The notes under the pieces: model-generated
Seen by the model: the letters and a program-made list of their open reading frames with translations, nothing else
Told to the model about the DNA's origin: nothing
The model's database searches: none
IMG/VR virus record: IMGVR_UViG_3300042892_004166
Coordinates: 1-15,096 of that record
Length of the DNA stretch: 15,096 bases
Reading direction: 5' to 3' (one strand)
DNA from: a virus
Lineage: Duplodnaviria; Heunggongvirae; Uroviricota; Caudoviricetes
Shown: one piece after another, positions 1 through 7,658 of the stretch
Position numbering within the stretch: position 1 is the first letter of the stretch
Layout of the letters: the number at the start of each line of letters is the position of its first letter
Made by a program: the position numbers and the translations under genes

Positions 1-32
1 TTTAAATTAGAACTAACATTCTAATTATACTT

Positions 33-63
33 AAAGGGAACTGAGAAATCAGTTCCCTTTTTT
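33..63 (+). terminator. Rho-independent terminator of the upstream, off-window gene
   Basis: Perfect 12-bp stem AAAGGGAACTGA (33-44) / TCAGTTCCCTTT (49-60), GAAA tetraloop, T-run 58-63. Confidence 0.9.
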
Positions 64-65
64 GT

Positions 66-74
66 GATATATAA
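66..74 (+). promoter_or_regulatory. Putative phage late promoter (GATATATAA)
   Basis: The same 9-mer occurs at 7631, 10157, 12486 and 14603, always intergenic and 28-47 nt upstream of a start codon. It is one base from the T4-type late box NATAAATA. Confidence 0.7.
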
Positions 75-100
75 TCTATCATAACAAAATAAATTAAAAT

Positions 101-1210
101 ATGGAAACATTTGAAAATTGGTATACCAGTATACTTGAAGAGGTTGCAACAGCTCCTATTAAATCATTATCTAGAGATGTCGATACAATTATAGATTCTT
201 TAGGTAGTCTTGTTAAAGAATTAACTGAAGAACTTGATTCTCCGGAATTTAATGAATTAAACGAAGCTGATGCTGAAGGTCCAAGCAAAGTTTGGCAATG
301 GATTTGGTGGATGCCAAAGGCAATAAAAGCACAGTCAAAAGTCAATAAAATAAAATTGAATGTCACTGATATGGAATCAGCGGCCGAAGATGCTCCAGAC
401 GCAGAACAAAAGGCAAAAATTAATGCAAAAGCAAAAATTGCAAGAGATCAGGCAGGAGAACTTCAAAAGATGGTTGATGATAAATTTAATGCAAAAGGTG
501 AACTAGTTGCAAAGGCACTTCATAATGCAAAAATAGCTGGTCAAATCGCATCAATTAAAAGAGCTTCAGGATTAGAAGATGACCCGGAAAAGGTAGCATC
601 TTATAAAGAAAAAATGACTGAACTTCAAAATAAATACAAAGAAGATCAGGCTGCAATTAAAGAACTTGAACCTTCGGAAGATGATAAAAAGGCTGAAATT
701 GAAAAAAAGAAAGAAGAGCAAAAGAAATCTGATGATGCTAAAGCAGCACAAAAAAAATTAGATGATGATGCAGCTGCTTCTAAAGCTGCTAAAAAAGACA
801 ATACTGAAACTCCAGAAGAAACTGAAACTCCAGAAGAAACTGAAAAAGATCCAAAGGTAAAAGCATTAGAAGATGAAATTACAGGTGATGAAAAGAATTT
901 AGCAGATGCAGTAGAAGCAAAAGATACTAAAGCCATTGATTTATTAAAAGGTGCAATTGCAGGTAAAAAGAAAAGATTAGAAACATTAAAACAAAAATCC
1001 TCAGAATCTTTAGTTAATAGAGCAAACTCAGTTGGTTTAAATGAATTAGCATCTGAAATTGGTTCTAAGTTTGATTGGCAATTAGATGAAGGAACTATAC
1101 TGTATCAAAAATATGATGCAATAATTAAAAAGGCTGAATATTCAAATACCTTAAATGAATCTAAATACCAAAATCTAAGTGTTAAAGATAGATTCTCTAG
1201 ATTACTATAA
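101..1210 (+). CDS. Hypothetical acidic, Lys/Ala-rich coiled-coil protein; possible capsid-internal or ejection protein
   Basis: 369-aa ORF behind the late-promoter motif. N-terminus METFENWYTSILEE resembles T4-type capsid-targeting leaders. Several (I/L)-x-E motifs (ILE, LTE, LNE x3). ORF is secure; function is inference. Confidence 0.6.
   Translation: METFENWYTSILEEVATAPIKSLSRDVDTIIDSLGSLVKELTEELDSPEFNELNEADAEGPSKVWQWIWWMPKAIKAQSKVNKIKLNVTDMESAAEDAPDAEQKAKINAKAKIARDQAGELQKMVDDKFNAKGELVAKALHNAKIAGQIASIKRASGLEDDPEKVASYKEKMTELQNKYKEDQAAIKELEPSEDDKKAEIEKKKEEQKKSDDAKAAQKKLDDDAAASKAAKKDNTETPEETETPEETEKDPKVKALEDEITGDEKNLADAVEAKDTKAIDLLKGAIAGKKKRLETLKQKSSESLVNRANSVGLNELASEIGSKFDWQLDEGTILYQKYDAIIKKAEYSNTLNESKYQNLSVKDRFSRLL
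803..845 (+). repeat. In-frame 18-bp tandem repeat (ACTGAAACTCCAGAAGAA x2.4) encoding TETPEE
   Basis: Exact copies at 803-820 and 821-838, partial copy at 839-845. Confidence 0.9.
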
Positions 1211-1705
1211 TTTCGAATTTTTTCTAGCAATATTTAAAAACTCCTTTTGTTGATTCAATAGGAGTTTTTTTACGTGCTGTTGGAAGGCAACAGAAGATTT
1301 TAGGATTCTACCATCCACCATTTTACCGCCAAGAGTATCGTGATAATCAGGATGAACAAAGTTCTCCGCATTAAAGTTATTTATATTAGACCTGATAGGT
1401 TCTCCAGATAGAGCGCAAGTCCAATCAATTGTATCGTAACTATCCGAAAGCTCTTCACTTTTCATAAGCTCCCCAGTAGACCAATCATAATAATATTTGT
1501 CCCTCTTCGAATCATTTTTATATTTACACATCTCAAAGATAATATGTAGAAACTGGTCAGATTGAGCCCTTTCTTTCATTAATGGATTCTCTAATAGTAA
1601 TCGACGCTGTTGTCGCGAGAGTCCTTCATAACATACACCATACCTATTCCTTGGATAGGGTCCTCCAGTACGACGAATCTTTGGGTATTTGTTATTAAAA
1701 GCCAT
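1205..1705 (-). CDS. Hypothetical protein (166 aa)
   Basis: Fills the gap between two plus-strand genes. ATG start, ends TAG followed by in-frame TAA, overlaps the ORF 101-1210 stop by 6 nt. No family recognised. Confidence 0.75.
   Translation of the reverse strand: MAFNNKYPKIRRTGGPYPRNRYGVCYEGLSRQQRRLLLENPLMKERAQSDQFLHIIFEMCKYKNDSKRDKYYYDWSTGELMKSEELSDSYDTIDWTCALSGEPIRSNINNFNAENFVHPDYHDTLGGKMVDGRILKSSVAFQQHVKKLLLNQQKEFLNIARKNSKL
1236..1271 (+). terminator. Intrinsic terminator for the 101-1210 transcript, embedded in the opposite-strand CDS
   Basis: 10-bp stem AAAAACTCCT (1236-1245) / AGGAGTTTTT (1260-1269), extendable by TTG/CAA, T7 run at 1265-1271, starting 25 nt after the ORF stop. Confidence 0.65.
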
Positions 1706-1717
1706 ACAATATTTATC

Positions 1718-1746
1718 TGAAACTTATAGAGACCTTCTTATATAAT
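1718..1746 (+). promoter_or_regulatory. Candidate non-late promoter for the replication block, in a divergent intergenic region
   Basis: TGAAAC-N17-TATAAT (1718-1723 / 1741-1746). The -10 overlaps palindromic TTATATAA (1738-1745). AT-richness makes chance matches possible. Confidence 0.35.
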
Positions 1747-1769
1747 ACCTATAAACTTAAACCTAAAAA

Positions 1770-2720
1770 ATGATTCAAGCACTTTTTACAGAAAAATATC
1801 GTCCTAAAAATCTAGAAGATTTAATCCTTCCAGAACGTGTAATGTCGAAATTTGAAAATGGATTAACACAGAATATGTTATTGGCAGGTAGCCCAGGTAC
1901 TGGTAAAACTTCAACTGCAAAGGCTATTGTTAATCAATTTGGATTACCATACCTTTATATTAATGCATCTACCGATACTTCAGTCGACGTGATTAGAACC
2001 CGGATCACTGATTTCTGTTCAACGATGTCAATCCTAGATGACCAAGGAAAATTTAAGGTTGTTATATTAGATGAGGTTGATGGTGTATCTGACCAATTCT
2101 TTAAAGCACTTCGTGCAACCATGGAGCAGTTTGCAAGTAACTCCCGTTTTATTGCAACTTGTAATTATGTTAATAAAATTCCAGATCCAATTCTTTCACG
2201 GTTTGAAGTTATCAATTTTGACTTCGATAAATCTGAAGAGAATGAATTGACTAAGAAATATATTAGAAGGGTTTATGATATTTGTGGAAAAGAAGGAATG
2301 GCAATTGAAAAACCAGCCCTGGTAGAATTTGTTAAAAGAAACTTTCCAGACCTTCGAACAACTCTTAATAAGTTACAAGGTTATAAAACTCAAGGTACGC
2401 AGAATATTACACTCGATGATGTTAAGAAATTTAACTCAGTCTACAAGGATATGTTTGACCTGATTTTTAATCAAATGGACCCTGTAACTAATTATAAGTA
2501 TATTGTAGGAGAATATTCAAATAGAGTTGATGATGTGCTCCAAACACTTGGCCAAGAATTTATCGAATACATACAGACAGAAAAGCCACAAAACGCTCGA
2601 CACATTCCACAAATTGCAATCTGTGTTGCAGAACACCAGGCTCAAAGAACCCTGGTAATAGACCCGGTTATTACGTTACTTTCATGCACGTACAAAATAC
2701 AAGAAATTGTAAAAAATTAA
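1770..2720 (+). CDS. gp44: Sliding-clamp loader AAA+ ATPase subunit (T4 gp44 / RFC-small-like)
   Basis: LFTEKYRP (RFC box II), Walker A GSPGTGKT, Walker B ILDEVD, sensor-1 FIATCN, Arg-finger ILSRF, sensor-2 FPDLR; 316 aa. Confidence 0.93.
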   Translation: MIQALFTEKYRPKNLEDLILPERVMSKFENGLTQNMLLAGSPGTGKTSTAKAIVNQFGLPYLYINASTDTSVDVIRTRITDFCSTMSILDDQGKFKVVILDEVDGVSDQFFKALRATMEQFASNSRFIATCNYVNKIPDPILSRFEVINFDFDKSEENELTKKYIRRVYDICGKEGMAIEKPALVEFVKRNFPDLRTTLNKLQGYKTQGTQNITLDDVKKFNSVYKDMFDLIFNQMDPVTNYKYIVGEYSNRVDDVLQTLGQEFIEYIQTEKPQNARHIPQIAICVAEHQAQRTLVIDPVITLLSCTYKIQEIVKN

Positions 2721-2733
2721 AAAATAAATTGAT

Positions 2734-2770
2734 AAAAGTTTTCCCGTGTCAAAACTTTTGATTATATTTA
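2734..2770 (+). promoter_or_regulatory. Inverted repeat overlapping a possible Bacteroidota-type promoter
   Basis: AAAAGTTTT (2734-2742) / AAAACTTTT (2751-2759) is a perfect 9-bp inverted repeat. TATATTTA at 2763-2770 is one mismatch from the Bacteroidota -7 element TAnnTTTG. Confidence 0.35.
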
Positions 2771-2788
2771 CAAATAAATTATAGAACT

Positions 2789-4021
2789 ATGAAACTAGGA
2801 AAACATACACTTATTATCGATGGAAACTATTTCGTACATAGCAGACTTTTTGTACTTCCACGTCCTAAAAAAGAACAATTATTAGGAGACAGAGATGGCC
2901 AAGAACAATTTATGCGAAAATTGTGTATTGACTTTGCGTCAGAGGTCAGAAAGATGACACCCTTTGTCGACCAAATCGTAGTTGCAGTCGATTCAAAATC
3001 ATGGCGTAAAGACCTATTCCCAACCGCAGAATATAAAGGTACCAGAGTTGCCGATAGTTCAGTTAACTGGGAAAATGTATTTAATGTTTATACAGAGTTC
3101 CAAGATATTCTTGCAAAGCAGGGTGTAATCATTCATAAAGTTCCCGGTGCAGAAGCAGATGATATTCTATTCGGTTGGTCGACACAGTTAAACAATGAAG
3201 GTAAAAATTGTATTGTTTGGACAGGTGACCGTGACCTTATTCAATTAGTTAATTATAATGAAGCAACAGATGCATATACCTTATGGTACTATAATTCTAA
3301 GCGTAGATTGTTAGCATTCGAAGGTTTCGAAAACCTTATTAACAAACCTAATGAGGTAGAAATTTCAAATGATGACTTATTATTTAACATGGGTTCTGCT
3401 GATGTGCTAAATAACCAACTTAAAGGTGATTTTATCAGTTGGATTGCTAAAAACGGCGTAGAAATAGAAGAGATTAATTGCGATGATTTTATCTTCTCTA
3501 AAATCTTACAAGGTGATAAAAGCGATAACATTCAATCAGTCGTTTCATGGACTAAAAGAACTAGTACTGGTTCTATCCGAAACTATTCAATAACTGAAAA
3601 ACAGGCAATTCAAATCCTAGAAAAATATCGTGAAATTGAAGGTAACTTCCACATCGACCATTTTTTCTCTGAGGAACAGGTTAAAACTATAGTTAATATG
3701 ATTCATGATGTTGTTGGTAAATCTACAATTGATGAAATCCGTTTGCGATTCAATCAAAATCTAGACTTAATGTTACTTCACTTTAATACGATACCTGGTG
3801 GAATTCTAAAAGCAATATATGATGAAATTGAAAAAGATTTTACAGTTGAAACAAGATTGGCCGGATTAACTCAGATGGAAAAGATATTAGAAGGTACACA
3901 GTGGAATTCAAAAGGTGCAACCGGAAGTGGTGCTCCAAAGAGTTTTGACCCATTTGCAACGTTACAACTAGACAAAGTTTCTCAACAACCTGAAACTAAA
4001 AAAATAAACACGTTATTTTAA
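2789..4021 (+). CDS. rnh: 5'-3' exonuclease / flap endonuclease (T4 RNase H-like, FEN superfamily)
   Basis: Acidic active-site motifs LIIDGNY, VAVDSKSWRK, YKGTR, GAEADD, TGDRDLIQL and H3TH-type ILQGDKSDNI. Confidence 0.9.
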   Translation: MKLGKHTLIIDGNYFVHSRLFVLPRPKKEQLLGDRDGQEQFMRKLCIDFASEVRKMTPFVDQIVVAVDSKSWRKDLFPTAEYKGTRVADSSVNWENVFNVYTEFQDILAKQGVIIHKVPGAEADDILFGWSTQLNNEGKNCIVWTGDRDLIQLVNYNEATDAYTLWYYNSKRRLLAFEGFENLINKPNEVEISNDDLLFNMGSADVLNNQLKGDFISWIAKNGVEIEEINCDDFIFSKILQGDKSDNIQSVVSWTKRTSTGSIRNYSITEKQAIQILEKYREIEGNFHIDHFFSEEQVKTIVNMIHDVVGKSTIDEIRLRFNQNLDLMLLHFNTIPGGILKAIYDEIEKDFTVETRLAGLTQMEKILEGTQWNSKGATGSGAPKSFDPFATLQLDKVSQQPETKKINTLF

Positions 4022-4022
4022 A

Positions 4023-4193
4023 ATGACTAGCGAGGATATTTTAACAGAATTACTAATTGAAGCGCACAAAGACGGCGACTTTGACAAGGTTATTGCTGAG
4101 GTAAACAAATTACAAAAAACCGATATAACTAGTACACGAATTGAACTTTTTAAAAAAGCAATAAAAAATGTTAGACGAAACAAAACTGTTTGA
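4023..4193 (+). CDS. Small hypothetical helical protein (56 aa), not in the supplied ORF track
   Basis: Hand translation MTSEDILTELLIEAHKDGDFDKVIAEVNKLQKTDITSTRIELFKKAIKNVRRNKTV*. ATG is 1 nt after the rnh stop, the ORF fills an otherwise empty gap and overlaps the next ORF by 26 nt. Confidence 0.75.
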   Translation: MTSEDILTELLIEAHKDGDFDKVIAEVNKLQKTDITSTRIELFKKAIKNVRRNKTV

Positions 4194-4596
4194 TTTTATA
4201 AAAATAATATTCACCAAACCTGCTGAATATAAAAAAATAAGTAACCATAATAAGAAGCGACATCATTTCATGATTAATCGCTTCTTTTCGATTCAATACC
4301 CAGCAAATGCCCAATTATTTAATAAAAATGGGATTAATCCACTTGCAGTAATTGATAGTTGGTCTCTTGTTGCAGCCCGATTTAAAAGTGTACCGGGTTG
4401 GATTTATACTAAGACCAAAAAGTCAGAAAAAGAAGTGACTTCAAAAAGCAAATATATACCCTCAGAAGAAGCCATCTCATTCTTTATGCAAAGAAATGAA
4501 ATTGGCAAAAGAGAATTTAAAGAACTTGAAAAATTTGCTAAAGAAGAACTTTATACCTCTTTACAGAGAATAGAGAATTCGATGCAGGTATATTAA
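4168..4596 (+). CDS. gp62: Putative clamp-loader A subunit (T4 gp62-like)
   Basis: Motif order LFDFIK...FMINRFFS...ANAQLFN...GWIYTKTKK matches my recollection of gp62-family proteins (PFDFIN...FMINRGLS...ANEMN...KWAKK). Size fits and it lies near gp44. Needs HMM confirmation. Confidence 0.6.
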   Translation: MLDETKLFDFIKIIFTKPAEYKKISNHNKKRHHFMINRFFSIQYPANAQLFNKNGINPLAVIDSWSLVAARFKSVPGWIYTKTKKSEKEVTSKSKYIPSEEAISFFMQRNEIGKREFKELEKFAKEELYTSLQRIENSMQVY

Positions 4597-4605
4597 TATC
4601 CGACT

Positions 4606-5250
4606 ATGCAACAATTTGAATTTAGTTCGATCCCAACTGCGATCGACGTTACGCTGTACAAATATAATTACATTGACAATAAATTATGGGCACAAATCCA
4701 AAACGATATTGATTTTATCGAACTTGGAAATGACTCTATAATGGTATCGTCATCTCAATTAAAATACATATTAGATACATATTATCAAAATTCTATCAAT
4801 AAAATTAAATCGGTTGGTTCCGATTTTATGCATAAAGAAATCAACACAGTCTTTTTTCTTTTCCAAATATTAATAGAAATGGAAAATTTACAATATATCA
4901 AATTAACCCTCAATAAGGATAAAAAGTACTCCCGAATAATTGAAACTGATGGTATAAAAATGATTCAATTCAGTTTTAAACTACTAACTGCAACTCTGAG
5001 ACTTTATGATTTATATGAAGACACAGAACTTCCATTAGTTAATAAGATTCTAGAAGAAATTGAAGTATTCGAAGAGGGAATTCCATTTGCTAGACTTAAT
5101 GCAAAAGAACTCTATGATAGTATACTTTTCTATCTTGATGAAAAAGACCCTGAAGATTCCGATGCTGGAATAGTTACCGACATTTTAGATATACTTGAGT
5201 CAAAAATTGAAAAAGAGGACCCATTAATCCTATTAATTACCGACTACTAA
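4606..5250 (+). CDS. Hypothetical acidic protein (214 aa), possible internal two-fold repeat
   Basis: ATG 9 nt after the previous stop; last gene of the replication block; no family recognised. Confidence 0.75.
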   Translation: MQQFEFSSIPTAIDVTLYKYNYIDNKLWAQIQNDIDFIELGNDSIMVSSSQLKYILDTYYQNSINKIKSVGSDFMHKEINTVFFLFQILIEMENLQYIKLTLNKDKKYSRIIETDGIKMIQFSFKLLTATLRLYDLYEDTELPLVNKILEEIEVFEEGIPFARLNAKELYDSILFYLDEKDPEDSDAGIVTDILDILESKIEKEDPLILLITDY

Positions 5251-5258
5251 TATTTCGT

Positions 5259-5268
5259 GAATATATAA
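5259..5268 (+). promoter_or_regulatory. Variant late promoter (GAATATATAA)
   Basis: ATATATAA core in the short intergenic gap 26 nt before ATG 5285, at the replication-to-morphogenesis boundary. Confidence 0.55.
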
Positions 5269-5284
5269 AAGAAAAACATTTAAT

Positions 5285-5689
5285 ATGAATTTCTTTAGTA
5301 ATTTCGGTAAAAGAGAAGCATTAATCTATATTATAGTAACTCTTTGGGTAGGTATGGGACTTTTTGGAGCCTTTAAAGAGGCAAGCTTCACAGACCTTTC
5401 AGTATATTTTGGATCCCTAACAGCATACGCTGCAACTTATATATGGGCTGAATCCAAGAAACCAAGCTCAAAATCAGCAATTCTTAAGCCGGGACCAAAC
5501 TCTCGAAAAGAGGTAATGATATATGTTATTGTTATTCTTTGGGCTATCGCAGGTTGCGGAGCCATTTGGTTTAAAGCAAACTTAAATGAACTTGCACTAT
5601 ATTTTGTATCATTAACTGGATTTGTAGCATCTTGGCTAGCTGGAGAGGTTTATGCTCCACAAGACGAGGTAAATAAAAATAAAGACTAA
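5285..5689 (+). CDS. Four-TM membrane protein made of two tandem 2-TM repeats (holin-like candidate)
   Basis: Four hydrophobic segments. aa 9-56 and aa 74-121 align ungapped with 17/48 identities (manual count). Lys-rich linker and charged C-terminus. Holin role is inference. Confidence 0.65.
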   Translation: MNFFSNFGKREALIYIIVTLWVGMGLFGAFKEASFTDLSVYFGSLTAYAATYIWAESKKPSSKSAILKPGPNSRKEVMIYVIVILWAIAGCGAIWFKANLNELALYFVSLTGFVASWLAGEVYAPQDEVNKNKD

Positions 5690-5691
5690 TA

Positions 5692-7626
5692 ATGGTAACC
5701 AATTATACAGCAAATGAATACGGAGATTTCTTTGTCGCATCTATCCAACAACCATATCTTAATACAACCCAAGTTGACAACTGGGATATTGTTGTAGGTC
5801 TTAAAAAACCTCACATGACTGGTAATGTTACTGGTTCAAGTACATCATTGAATGTTTTTGGATATGAAACTCAATTCACTACGTCATTTGCTTCTGGAGA
5901 TTCTATAATTATTGGTAATATAACATACGAAATCGACGTTGTTATTAGTGATACTGAATTGACTGTTACTGAACCCTTACAATACAATTTTACAAATGCT
6001 AAATATTATACAACACCAGACCTTGTAAACTTTTTTGAATATGAATTTAGATGGTCCAAATCTGGAACAATTTTCTCTGAATTTGCTCCATTAAATCATG
6101 GAACAGGCTCTGGAGATATTCAAGGAATTACTTTTGACCCTACCAAGCCTCTTTATTTTGATATTAAGGCAGAGGTTGCTGGACTTGCAACTGGAAATAC
6201 GTTAACATTTCTTTCAATTACAATTTCAATTATAACCGGGGATGGTATAATAGTATCATGTCCAAATTTCTGTACTGATTGTACCGATCCTTTTGCAATG
6301 AATGGTTGCGCAAATATTCAAGTTACATGTAATGCATCAAACCAATTTAATCCATACGCTCTTACCAAATCAGTTAAAATGTATAAGCAACTTGTTAACA
6401 TTGTTAATGGAATTTTTGGACATGAGGTTACCTACTTTAAAACTGAACCTGACGCAAGAACATCTGATGTTATTTTGATGGAATATTCATTACATAATGT
6501 AACTGACAAGCAAACAATAAAGATAATGGTTCCAGATAATGAATTCCCTACAGAAGCTAGCACTTATGATATATTTGGAATTGAATTAGAGGACTTTGAA
6601 ATTCATATAACTGCTGAAGAGTTTGAAACTCATTTTGGGGCAGGAAAATATCCAAGAAACAAGGACTATATGTTTATTCCAATTATTAATAGAATGTACG
6701 AAATAAACTCTGTTTCTTTAGCAGATGAATTTAATAGAAGCCATTCATATTGGAAAGTTAAACTTGTTAAATACCAAGACCGCGGAGATGTTATCAAAGG
6801 ACAATTTGACGACGATACTGACGTATTAATAACTGGAATTGAAGAAATATTTGGAGAAAGAATTCAAGACGAATATAAAAAGAATCTTAAGCCGGAAATA
6901 TTCCAAACAGTTATTAATAAATATAACGATGGAATCCGAACCTTTGTTGATACAAAACTTGGAATAGTTGATTATGACTTAAAAAATAGATGGACTATTG
7001 TCAGCAAAAATCATTACAATTTTTTAAATATGACACTAGGAGATTCTGCTGTTGTTTACGAAGCTCAATCTGAAGTTAAATCAGGACATGGAATTGCATT
7101 CTCTTCATGGTTTGCCCCTCGATTTGCATCTAATTCAGTTTTAGATTATAGATTAATTGGAGATACTGCCGACAAGTTTTCAATAACAATAAGTAATACC
7201 GAGTTAATTGTTACAACACCACAAGGAGTACAATACTTTACACATGGAATAGCTTTTAACCCTGCAAAATGGTATGGTTATGTTGTTAATATCAATAATG
7301 AATTTCTTCAAATGTCTGCATCAATATATAGTCTTGATACGTCAAACAATATGATGCTTCCTCAAAGCGCTGGAAATAATTTAACTAATGAATTTACCCA
7401 AATAGTACCGCAACTTGAAGAACAGATTTGGACTTCTCAAGCAAAATTTGAATTACAAGCTAATAATATGATAATGACCAATATTAGAGTATTCGATACT
7501 CCTGTTGAATTTGAACAGCATTCAAATATTTTAAATCAATACGTTGTAAGAGATAATCAGCACGCAATTATTGTTGATAATGCAATTCCAAGCATAGGAT
7601 TCCAAAAATATGCCAATGCTCGTTAA
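5692..7626 (+). CDS. gp14: Neck / head-completion protein (T4 gp14-like core) with N- and C-terminal accessory domains
   Basis: aa ~219-362 follow the gp14 pattern (FGHEVTYF, DVILMEY, DIFGIE, PRNKDYMFIPIINRMYEI, YWKVKLVKY). Beta-rich N-terminal ~185 aa; LamG/ConA-like C-terminus (FSSWF, KWYGYVV, MTNIRVFD). Sits before the terminase genes. Confidence 0.7.
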   Translation: MVTNYTANEYGDFFVASIQQPYLNTTQVDNWDIVVGLKKPHMTGNVTGSSTSLNVFGYETQFTTSFASGDSIIIGNITYEIDVVISDTELTVTEPLQYNFTNAKYYTTPDLVNFFEYEFRWSKSGTIFSEFAPLNHGTGSGDIQGITFDPTKPLYFDIKAEVAGLATGNTLTFLSITISIITGDGIIVSCPNFCTDCTDPFAMNGCANIQVTCNASNQFNPYALTKSVKMYKQLVNIVNGIFGHEVTYFKTEPDARTSDVILMEYSLHNVTDKQTIKIMVPDNEFPTEASTYDIFGIELEDFEIHITAEEFETHFGAGKYPRNKDYMFIPIINRMYEINSVSLADEFNRSHSYWKVKLVKYQDRGDVIKGQFDDDTDVLITGIEEIFGERIQDEYKKNLKPEIFQTVINKYNDGIRTFVDTKLGIVDYDLKNRWTIVSKNHYNFLNMTLGDSAVVYEAQSEVKSGHGIAFSSWFAPRFASNSVLDYRLIGDTADKFSITISNTELIVTTPQGVQYFTHGIAFNPAKWYGYVVNINNEFLQMSASIYSLDTSNNMMLPQSAGNNLTNEFTQIVPQLEEQIWTSQAKFELQANNMIMTNIRVFDTPVEFEQHSNILNQYVVRDNQHAIIVDNAIPSIGFQKYANAR

Positions 7627-7630
7627 TTTC

Positions 7631-7639
7631 GATATATAA
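7631..7639 (+). promoter_or_regulatory. Putative late promoter (GATATATAA)
   Basis: Exact motif in the 32-nt gap, 28 nt before ATG 7659. Confidence 0.7.
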
Positions 7640-7658
7640 TTTAATAAAACAAATTTAT

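Noticed and set aside
94-936. Minus-strand ORFs 94-366 and 646-936
   Set aside because: Antisense shadows of the 101-1210 gene; the Ser/Phe/Leu-rich translations are what reverse-reading GAA/AAA/GAT-rich codons produces.
6570-6577. Perfect Bacteroidota -7 element TATATTTG inside the gp14-like CDS
   Set aside because: Mid-gene with no nearby start; expected by chance in AT-rich DNA.
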